A DNA stretch of 24,660 bases from a virus (taxonomy: Duplodnaviria > Caudoviricetes): positions 1-24,660 of the IMG/VR virus record IMGVR_UViG_3300042393_000543, one strand, 5' to 3'. Position numbers and translations under genes: made by a program. Below, one piece after another: positions 1 to 6,091 of the stretch; position 1 is the first letter of the stretch, and each line of letters opens with the position of its first letter. The notes under the pieces were generated by a model. It saw only the letters and a program-made list of their open reading frames with translations. It searched no databases and was not told the DNA's origin.

Positions 1-16
1 TAATATACGCCGCGGT

Positions 17-44
17 CGTCCGCAGGATTTTATTCCTGCGGACG
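17..44 (-). terminator. Perfect 11-bp hairpin downstream of leftward gene (possible terminator or processing stem)
   Basis: CGTCCGCAGGA (17-27) / TCCTGCGGACG (34-44), 6-nt loop, 15 nt after the stop of the 60..605 gene; no strong U-tract. Confidence 0.5.
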
Positions 45-59
45 CGCTAGGCGAGTCTG

Positions 60-605
60 TTATTCCGTCAAGAGTGCCAAGATTGCGGCTTGATCAATCT
101 TGGACTGAGCGGCGGCGTGAAGGGCGGCGGAAAGCTTTTCCGGAAGGGCGGAAACGGCGTTAAGGATTGCGTGTTTCCGGTCCGCTGTATCGAGTCCCTT
201 TGACGCGGCAAGGGCCGTGGCAATCGGCTTGAACACGGGATTTTTGCGCGCGTCATATGCCGCGACGTAAAGCGACTCGTCAAAGGCGGACAAGCCGGGC
301 AAGCCGGACTTGGTGCGTGGTGCGGAAAGGACGCCAGTCATTGCCGCGTCAAGGCGAGTGGCAAAGCACGCGGAAACGTCAAAAGGCTTGCCGTCATTGA
401 ACGTTTCGCCTTTGGACTCCGCTTCTTGCGCGGCAAGTTTGAAAGTATGGGCTTGTGCGTTGATGTGGTCTTGGAACCAACGACGGACGCCGTAGGTGAA
501 GATTGCTTCAAGGGCGATTGCCGAAAAAGTGGATGGGTCAACCGTGAAGTCCGCTTTTTGTGCGGCAAGGTCAACGGTGGCAAGATTGAAAGAAAGTTTG
601 GTCAT
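60..605 (-). CDS. Hypothetical phage protein (181 aa, Ala-rich, helical)
   Basis: ORF 60..653 trimmed to ATG at 605 (MTKLSFNLATV...), preceded by GAAAGG RBS-like sequence. Confidence 0.75.
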   Translation of the reverse strand: MTKLSFNLATVDLAAQKADFTVDPSTFSAIALEAIFTYGVRRWFQDHINAQAHTFKLAAQEAESKGETFNDGKPFDVSACFATRLDAAMTGVLSAPRTKSGLPGLSAFDESLYVAAYDARKNPVFKPIATALAASKGLDTADRKHAILNAVSALPEKLSAALHAAAQSKIDQAAILALLTE

Positions 606-671
606 TGGATATGCCTTTCGTAGGATGCGGAATTGCATCGCATTCCGGCCCATTGATAGGGCCGGAAAACG

Positions 672-941
672 TCACAATCCCTTGGCGACGAATTGCGCCA
701 AGAATTTCCGTTTCATGGCGCGGACGGGATAGCCGCGGATTCCGGACATCATGCAAGCGAAGGATAGGGCTTGAATCCATTGCTTTGCGGACTGGTAGCC
801 GATTGTTTGGCCGTCAAAGCGATAGAACGTCGCGTTGATATATTCGGCATGTGCCGGGGAAAGATACGCGAAAACATCTTCAAGGGCTTGCGTGTCCGCA
901 ATGGCGCGGTCGGAAGGATAAGCGATTGTGTAGTGGGTCAT
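672..941 (-). CDS. Hypothetical phage protein (89 aa)
   Basis: ATG at 941 (MTHYTIAYP...) with GGAG upstream; co-oriented with the 60..605 gene and downstream of a predicted promoter. Confidence 0.7.
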   Translation of the reverse strand: MTHYTIAYPSDRAIADTQALEDVFAYLSPAHAEYINATFYRFDGQTIGYQSAKQWIQALSFACMMSGIRGYPVRAMKRKFLAQFVAKGL

Positions 942-983
942 GATGGACTCCAAAAAAGGGTAAAGCTATCGCATGGCCTCGCC

Positions 984-1012
984 AGAATATCCGCGATTTT
1001 TGGGGGATGCAA
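984..1012 (-). promoter_or_regulatory. Sigma70-type promoter for the leftward genes
   Basis: On the minus strand TTGCAT (1012-1007), 17-nt spacer, TATTCT (989-984); about 40 nt upstream of the ATG at 941. Confidence 0.55.
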
Positions 1013-1287
1013 GCGATATGCGCAAGAAAAGCCGAAACCACGGCCAAAACGTAAAGAAAACCGATTGCCGGGCAGATTGGCGCGGGAAAACTCAAAACTG
1101 CCCAAAAAATAGGCAAAAGCTTAAGAAATGGGCAAAACGCGCCTAGCGAGTTTTCCGTATCCGTGCCGCCCAAAAAATTGACCACGTTCCTTGCCCTTCC
1201 TATGAAGCGTGCCGGGCTCATCACGAAATGTTACAAAACTCGGGGAATTGAAACAATTCGGATCGAGCCTTTTCACGCGTTGTAACA

Positions 1288-1531
1288 CGCGAAAGATTAT
1301 TGCGCGCGGGAAAGCTCAAGCAATCGGTTGAGCAATAATCTTGCGCGCAGGAATTGCGCGGGGCAAAACTCGGCATAAACTTTTGATATAGACGAGTTTT
1401 TCACGTGGAAATATTATGTAATTTCGGCGCGAAATAATGTTGCGCGAGGTTTCGGGATAAACTTTTGATATAGACGAGGTTTTGGGATAAACTTTTGGCC
1501 TATGCGAGTTTTCCCGCGAAAGATTATTGCG
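1288..1531. repeat. Cluster of direct and inverted repeats
   Basis: CGCGAAAGATTATTGCG at 1288-1304 and 1515-1531, with inverted core GCAATAATCTT at 1332-1342; ATAAACTTTTGATATAGACGAG at 1375-1396 and 1457-1478; 30-bp tandem period CGAGGTTTYGGGATAAACTTTTG starting at 1445 and 1475. Confidence 0.85.
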
Positions 1532-1602
1532 GGATTGAGCAAGATTGTTTCGTCATTTTTGCCCAGCTTTTCTGCCAAATTTCCGAGCCTTTCCCGCATT
1601 TC

Positions 1603-1682
1603 CGCCAGTGGAATCTGGTTCTTCGCCAGTGGAATCTGGTCTGCCGTCGGTGGAATCCGGTCCCTCGTCGGCGGAGTCCGGT
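1603..1682 (+). repeat. 4 x 21-bp tandem repeat, progressively diverging
   Basis: 17-nt cores at 1603, 1624, 1645, 1666: CGCCAGTGGAATCTGGT, CGCCAGTGGAATCTGGT, CGTCGGTGGAATCCGGT, CGTCGGCGGAGTCCGGT. Confidence 0.9.
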
Positions 1683-1689
1683 GTCGGTG

Positions 1690-2097
1690 TTGGGGGGTAA
1701 GGTATGCTGATGGGGGACGGCTGGGTAGCTGGATTTGGCGGTTTCGTTCATGCCTTCGGCGGGGGGAATGTATGGCTGGTTTCGCGGCCCGGTATGGTCT
1801 TATCATTAAGTGGTAGGACCATACCGGGCTCGCCCAGGTTCTACCTTCCCCCCGAGTCCTTGCTTCCGTTTCCCTTCTTGAGCCTGGACCTTACATTTCC
1901 CGTTCTCCTACTCTCCCCTTTTTTATCTTATATAGAAATTTTTTTTTTTTTAAAAATTGAGCCATACATTAGCCAGCTCACTGAGTCCCGGCCAGTTCGG
2001 ACCCAGCCCCGACCATACAAACCGCCCCAAAACGTATGAACGAAACGCCGTTTTTCAGCTACCCAGACACCCCCCATTGCCATCCCTTACCACCCAA
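1690..2097. repeat. Long imperfect inverted repeat (62-bp arms at 1690-1751 and 2036-2097)
   Basis: Ungapped hand alignment of the left arm with the reverse complement of the right arm gives 47/62 identity; encloses a palindrome, a pyrimidine tract and a T13 run (1939-1951). Confidence 0.8.
1787..1829. promoter_or_regulatory. 35-bp palindromic operator-like element, copy 1
   Basis: GCCCGGTATGGTC / GACCATACCGGGC perfect 13-bp arms around TTATCATTAAGTGGTAG; related copies at 8187 and 14202. Confidence 0.7.
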
Positions 2098-2136
2098 GGC
2101 GGATACCCGCCGCCCGCCGAAAGCTCATCGCCGCCC

Positions 2137-2165
2137 TTGACAATCCCGCCGGGATGTGCGATTGT
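2137..2165 (+). promoter_or_regulatory. Putative sigma70 promoter for the rightward early operon
   Basis: TTGACA (2137-2142), 17-nt spacer ending in TGC, weak -10 GATTGT; about 50 nt before the first rightward ORF. Confidence 0.4.
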
Positions 2166-2214
2166 ACGGGAGCGGGGGGATTATGCCCGCGGAATTTATG
2201 AATGGAGTAAATCA

Positions 2215-2382
2215 ATGCAGATACGTTGCGCGGATGAGGGGCTGGACCTGTTCCCGGACTCGGAATTGCCGGAACTGTTTTACGAGATTCAAGGGCCGTT
2301 GGATCGGCCCGAGGATGAAGAAGCCGAAACGGCAACCCTTTGCCTGTATCTGGTGCGGTCGTGCGGGAGGATTGTGGTATGA
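2215..2382 (+). CDS. Small acidic hypothetical protein (55 aa)
   Basis: ATG 2215 after GGAG; the stop overlaps the next start (ATGA). Confidence 0.55.
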   Translation: MQIRCADEGLDLFPDSELPELFYEIQGPLDRPEDEEAETATLCLYLVRSCGRIVV

Positions 2383-2630
2383 CCAGCAAGCCCCTTTTTG
2401 AGTTCCACGCCGCCTGCCGCGAGGTTGTGGTCTGCCGGGGAAACCCCGCACTGGACTACGCGATCGACTACGCCCAGGCCGGGCTTGCGATGACCGACGC
2501 GGATGAGTGCCGGGTGCAATGTCTGTACCTTTGCGAGAATATCACCAAATGGCGCGGCCCGATCGCTGAGGGCGCCCGCAAGGCTTTCCGCCGCCTCTCG
2601 CTTCCTTCTGCTTGGGAGTCCGAGAGATGA
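2379..2630 (+). CDS. Hypothetical phage protein (83 aa)
   Basis: GGAGG RBS at 2366-2370, ATG 2379 (MTSKPLFEF...), ATGA coupling at both ends. Confidence 0.7.
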   Translation: MTSKPLFEFHAACREVVVCRGNPALDYAIDYAQAGLAMTDADECRVQCLYLCENITKWRGPIAEGARKAFRRLSLPSAWESER

Positions 2631-2740
2631 TCCGCGGCCTTCTTCTCGGCCTCCTCGGCCTTTACTTGGCCGACCTATCACTCAAGGCCACGCAACGTCA
2701 CGCGCATGATCTGTTCATCGCGCAACAAATGGGAGAGTAA
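2627..2740 (+). CDS. Small putative membrane peptide (37 aa, MIRGLLLGLLGLYLADLSLKATQRHAHDLFIAQQMGE)
   Basis: Hand-translated, below the ORF-track cutoff; GGAG RBS, ATGA overlap with the upstream stop, ends 1 nt before the next ATG; hydrophobic N-terminus. Confidence 0.55.
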   Translation: MIRGLLLGLLGLYLADLSLKATQRHAHDLFIAQQMGE

Positions 2741-2741
2741 G

Positions 2742-2960
2742 ATGTTCAAAGTCCGCAAAAAGTATGTGGTGAAAAACCGCCTCTGGGAGTGCCTCGCCAT
2801 CCGTGGAAATTACGCGTGGCTGGTTTCGATTTACGAGGGCGAGAAAGCGCAGAAATCGACCGCGTATGTCTGGAGCCACGACGGCAAGGCGGTTTCCCTC
2901 AGCGACGAATACGACATCGATTTCGCCGTCACGGAACTGGTCGAGGAAGATTTCGTCTGA
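2742..2960 (+). CDS. Hypothetical protein (72 aa)
   Basis: GGAG RBS then ATG 2742 (MFKVRKKY...). Confidence 0.7.
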   Translation: MFKVRKKYVVKNRLWECLAIRGNYAWLVSIYEGEKAQKSTAYVWSHDGKAVSLSDEYDIDFAVTELVEEDFV

Positions 2961-3026
2961 CACCGCATCGACAGTTGGCCGGGGACTTGTTCCGGCCAAT
3001 CTCCATGCGATGTTGCATGAATGGAG
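2960..3026 (+). ncRNA. Structured intergenic RNA motif, copy A1 (unclassified)
   Basis: ACACCGCAT-CGACAG-[TTGGCCGG/CCGGCCAA stem]-TCTCC-ATGCGATGT-TGCATG-AAT-GGAG; covaries with copy A2. Confidence 0.6.
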
Positions 3027-3034
3027 TATAGTTT

Positions 3035-3334
3035 ATGAAAATGCCTGACTCAGCCTTCGACGACCTTCTTCTGCTTTTCCGCGAGTTTGACTTGCTTGAC
3101 ATCGACGCGAGGGCCGCCTGCGAATATCACACGATCGGCCAGAACGCCAAGCGTTACCGCTGGGATCGGCTCTACGCAATCCCCTTTCCGGCCCGGCAGG
3201 CTTGGTTCGACGGCCACGCGATCTACGAGACCATGAACGACGATCACATCGACACGGCCCTGCGGAAAATCTTCTCCCACAACCGAGACATCTTCATCCC
3301 GCAGAAGGCCGCAAAAATGCTTGCAAGCCGATAA
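3035..3334 (+). CDS. Hypothetical phage protein (99 aa)
   Basis: GGAG RBS at 3023-3026; contains RYRWD...NDDHIDTALRKI. Confidence 0.75.
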   Translation: MKMPDSAFDDLLLLFREFDLLDIDARAACEYHTIGQNAKRYRWDRLYAIPFPARQAWFDGHAIYETMNDDHIDTALRKIFSHNRDIFIPQKAAKMLASR

Positions 3335-3335
3335 A

Positions 3336-3407
3336 ACACCACGCCGACAGTCAGGCGGGGCCGACCATCCCGCCTGATCTCCGTGTGATGTTGCACGAAA
3401 TAGGAGG
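3336..3407 (+). ncRNA. Structured intergenic RNA motif, copy A2 (unclassified)
   Basis: ACACCACGC-CGACAG-[TCAGGCGGG/CCCGCCTGA stem]-TCTCC-GTGTGATGT-TGCACG-AAAT-AGGAGG; same layout as A1 with compensatory changes. Confidence 0.6.
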
Positions 3408-3414
3408 CTACCCA

Positions 3415-3732
3415 ATGTTCCCTTTCACTGAGAAATACCCCGAGGCCGCCGGCCTGCTCCCCCAGTTCCTCGACCGCAACGACCCCCGGCCAGCCCGCGA
3501 ACAAATCCACGAGGCCTATGCGCACGGCGGCGGCTGGCATGAGTTCCGGGGCTTCACCCCGCACATCGACTGGGCGGACCCGCTGAAAAGCTACCTCAGC
3601 TACCCGGACGATCCGCCGACGCGAGCCGTTGCTTTCGCCCTATTCGGCGAGGAACTTGTGCTGCTTTTTCAAGGCAGCTGGTGCGCGATTGTCCAGCCCG
3701 ATCTCTCGGCAGAGATCGCCCGCCTAGACTGA
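3415..3732 (+). CDS. Hypothetical phage protein (105 aa)
   Basis: AGGAGG RBS, ATG 3415 (MFPFTEKYPEAAGLLPQFLDRNDPRPAREQI...). Confidence 0.8.
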   Translation: MFPFTEKYPEAAGLLPQFLDRNDPRPAREQIHEAYAHGGGWHEFRGFTPHIDWADPLKSYLSYPDDPPTRAVAFALFGEELVLLFQGSWCAIVQPDLSAEIARLD

Positions 3733-3792
3733 CGAAACGGGGGTCGTTCCCCGTCAGGGAGGTTGGCATCCTTCCTCTGATGAGTCCGCCAA
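3731..3792 (+). ncRNA. Hammerhead ribozyme, type II, with loop I / 3' tail pseudoknot (HH1)
   Basis: GAC-GAAAC-GGGG/CCCC stem III-GTC (predicted cleavage after C3755)-AGGGAGG/CCTTCCT stem I with loop TTGGCAT-CTGATGA-GTC; loop TTGGC pairs with GCCAA (3788-3792); full canonical core. Confidence 0.92.
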
Positions 3793-3805
3793 TAGGAGAA
3801 ATACC

Positions 3806-4255
3806 ATGCAAGATAAACTCAACTTCATGAAGAACTGCCTCAACGCGCTTTCCTTGCGCGGCTGGGATGACTCCCGGATCACTATGCAGGCCGAGATCAC
3901 GGCGGAAGGCAACGTCTGGACCGAGGATTACTTCTACGTCTATCCGGCCTATACTGATGAGGCGGGGGTGTTGCAGAAAGTAGACTCGCTCTACGTCCCC
4001 GTCTATAACCTCGAGACTTCCAAAAACAAAGACGCCTTCGCGGCTCGGCTGCTTGCTGCAACCCCTCCGATCAAGGAACACAAGACCAAGCTTCTCCTCG
4101 AACACGTCGCCAAGATCAGCGAGCTTGCGGCCGCCCTTAACCTTTCCGCCGACTTCATCAACCCGATCACGGCGCTGGCTGATCTGATCCGCACAAACAT
4201 CCTGCCCGCCTCGTCCGGCTTCGCTCCGGTCGAGTCCGACGACATTCCCTTTTAA
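3806..4255 (+). CDS. Hypothetical protein (149 aa) with SSB-like C-terminal DDIPF tail
   Basis: AGGAG RBS, ATG 3806; ends ...PVESDDIPF; lies between two hammerheads. Confidence 0.8.
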   Translation: MQDKLNFMKNCLNALSLRGWDDSRITMQAEITAEGNVWTEDYFYVYPAYTDEAGVLQKVDSLYVPVYNLETSKNKDAFAARLLAATPPIKEHKTKLLLEHVAKISELAAALNLSADFINPITALADLIRTNILPASSGFAPVESDDIPF

Positions 4256-4258
4256 CCT

Positions 4259-4315
4259 GACGAAACGCCTTCGGGCGTCTGGTGCCTTGGCATGGCATCA
4301 CCGATGAGTCTGCCA
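4259..4315 (+). ncRNA. Hammerhead ribozyme, type II, variant core CCGAUGA (HH2)
   Basis: GAC-GAAAC-GCC TTCG GGC-GTC (predicted cleavage after C4279)-TGGTGCC/GGCATCA stem I with identical loop TTGGCAT-CCGATGA-GTC; TGGCA pairs with TGCCA (4311-4315). Confidence 0.82.
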
Positions 4316-4329
4316 CATGGAGTCCAATA

Positions 4330-4677
4330 ATGTCTGAACAAAGTATCGACACCGTCTACCTCACGGCCCGCGGCCTTTCCGCAATGCTCGCCAGCGGCGA
4401 TCACGAGAACCTGCCAGCAAGCGACCTTGCAGAAATCTGGTCTGAGCTTCTCCAATCCATCGCAATCTTGGCCAAGTCTGGCCAATGCCCGCCGGAACTA
4501 ATCGGCCAGCTTATCAAAGAACTGCCCCTGACCGGGCGAGTCGGCGTCATGGGGCCGGATGGCAAACCCCGCTACAAGACAAACCGCCGTGTCGCCCTCG
4601 CGACCGCCGAAGCCCTTGGCGAGGACGCCGCGCAGGACCTCTACCACTTCGCGGTTCTCGTGACAAAGCTTAGCTAA
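4330..4677 (+). CDS. Hypothetical protein (115 aa)
   Basis: GGAG at 4319-4322, ATG 4330 (MSEQSIDTVYL...). Confidence 0.75.
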   Translation: MSEQSIDTVYLTARGLSAMLASGDHENLPASDLAEIWSELLQSIAILAKSGQCPPELIGQLIKELPLTGRVGVMGPDGKPRYKTNRRVALATAEALGEDAAQDLYHFAVLVTKLS

Positions 4678-4678
4678 C

Positions 4679-4912
4679 ATGAGCCCGCGCCACTTCACCC
4701 GCAAACTCTCAGCCGCCGAGGCCTCCGTTTTCCTCGACGAGCTTTACCTTAACACCGGGCTCAAGCCCGAACCGTTCCCGAGCGGCTCAATCATCATTTC
4801 CCCGTCAGGGGAGCCGATGATCCGCGTCTTGGAACTCACTTCCGGCCACGTCCTATTCTACTTCTCAACCGACTTCTACAAGGAGCCCAAAAATGGCCTC
4901 AAGAAAAGATAG
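4679..4912 (+). CDS. Hypothetical protein (77 aa)
   Basis: Starts 1 nt after the upstream stop; C-ending codon bias like its neighbours. Confidence 0.65.
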   Translation: MSPRHFTRKLSAAEASVFLDELYLNTGLKPEPFPSGSIIISPSGEPMIRVLELTSGHVLFYFSTDFYKEPKNGLKKR

Positions 4913-5270
4913 CTCCCCCGCGGCCTACGGCGACGTTAAGTTCATCCTCGAACTCGCCGTCAAAAAGCCCGGCCTGCAGTACGTCCTGAAATCCTCCGGC
5001 GCCGCCGTCAACTTCAAACAGCGCTGCAACAAGTACCGCAACCTTATCCGCGAGATGGCCGCGGAAACGGTGCTGAACATCCCAGGCCACCGGGCCGAAA
5101 CCGCCTATGACGTTCTCGTCATTCGCCAAGTCGGCCCGGACCGCCTTCCCGACCGCCACGGCTGCACGATACTCTTTGAGCATCAGCAACTCAGCGGCTC
5201 GATCATCGACCCCGAGACGGGCGACCTGATCGAAATTCCGGGCCTGACCAACATTCTCCGGGAGTATTAA
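4893..5270 (+). CDS. Hypothetical phage protein (125 aa)
   Basis: AAGGAG RBS, ATG 4893, operon packing. Confidence 0.75.
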   Translation: MASRKDSSPAAYGDVKFILELAVKKPGLQYVLKSSGAAVNFKQRCNKYRNLIREMAAETVLNIPGHRAETAYDVLVIRQVGPDRLPDRHGCTILFEHQQLSGSIIDPETGDLIEIPGLTNILREY

Positions 5271-5271
5271 C

Positions 5272-5505
5272 ATGACCGACTACGCCCCTGAGGCCGCGCC
5301 GTCCGTCGCGCTCTCCCCGATCATCACCCAACGCAACGAGAACATCGCTAAGGCCGCGCTAGGCAACCTCACTGACGGGCAGTTGCAGCTTGTCCTTGAG
5401 GCCTACATGACAAAACGCTACGGCCCGAGGAGGGCCGCCGTTTTGCTTTCGATGATCTCTCGCCAATGCGAGATTGCCCCGTGGGCCGAGGGGGTCCGGA
5501 AATGA
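5272..5505 (+). CDS. Hypothetical protein (77 aa)
   Basis: GGAG RBS, ATG 1 nt after the upstream stop. Confidence 0.7.
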   Translation: MTDYAPEAAPSVALSPIITQRNENIAKAALGNLTDGQLQLVLEAYMTKRYGPRRAAVLLSMISRQCEIAPWAEGVRK

Positions 5506-5696
5506 TCCCCTTCGGCCCCTGGCAATCCTATCACCACGAGGACGCGGCCCGATACGCCGCCATGTCCTACGAGCCCGAATACACCTGCCCATGCCACGGC
5601 ACAGGGCGCGTGACTTACCTGCGGCTGGGATATTCTCAAGCCGATGACCGCACCGTAACTGAGCGGTGTCAAAACGCATTGGAGATCAAACCATGA
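5502..5696 (+). CDS. Small hypothetical protein (64 aa) with CPCHGTG motif, possibly metal-binding
   Basis: ATGA overlap at both ends; GAGG upstream. Confidence 0.6.
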   Translation: MIPFGPWQSYHHEDAARYAAMSYEPEYTCPCHGTGRVTYLRLGYSQADDRTVTERCQNALEIKP

Positions 5697-6091
5697 GCAA
5701 TGGACAAACAACGTGCCGCGGATATCGGCCAGAGGTCAGAACGTCCTATCACAAGCCGTCGATGGTCTCAGGTCAGATCGTGGACTCGGTGTGGCGGCCA
5801 ATCAATTACGAAAACCGCAGCGATCATTTTGGCATACCTGCCGGTTATTTCGACAAGAAACTCACTGAGCATCACCTGCTCAGTCTGGCACAGGCCGAGG
5901 CAATTCGCTGGTGGTTTATTGCAAACGCTGACGCCGAGGGACCAGCAAAGTCCCTTTGCCTAGAGACGCGGCTGCAGGAATACTCCCTGCAGATCACGCA
6001 CTCAGTCAAGCCCGTAGCTGCTCTGCGCGGACTGGATTCTCAAGGCCGCGCATTGCCAGACCCATCTAGCACATTGGAGCCCCAGCCATGA
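5693..6091 (+). CDS. Hypothetical protein (132 aa)
   Basis: GGAG RBS, ATG 5693 (MSNGQTTCRG...), ATGA overlaps. Confidence 0.7.
   Translation: MSNGQTTCRGYRPEVRTSYHKPSMVSGQIVDSVWRPINYENRSDHFGIPAGYFDKKLTEHHLLSLAQAEAIRWWFIANADAEGPAKSLCLETRLQEYSLQITHSVKPVAALRGLDSQGRALPDPSSTLEPQP

Noticed and set aside
1375-1682. Repeats as a CRISPR array (with the Cas4-like nuclease at 10247)
   Set aside because: Units are tandem or irregularly spaced without unique 30-40 nt spacers. The nuclease sits in an exonuclease-Sak4-SSB recombination cluster, and no cas1/cas2 is present.
1787-1829. Palindrome as a protelomerase (telRL-type) or dif site
   Set aside because: Three dispersed copies, an asymmetric centre, no match to the XerC/D consensus, and no protelomerase or recombinase in the window.
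960-2200. ORF-track entries in the divergent region (e.g. 1414..1806, 1502..1816, 1704..2039)
   Set aside because: No RBS, translations mirror DNA repeats and homopolymers, and codon usage is unlike the real genes.
3954-3980. CTGATGAG followed by GAAAG as a third hammerhead
   Set aside because: Inside a coding frame, with no stem II, stem I or properly placed NUH site.
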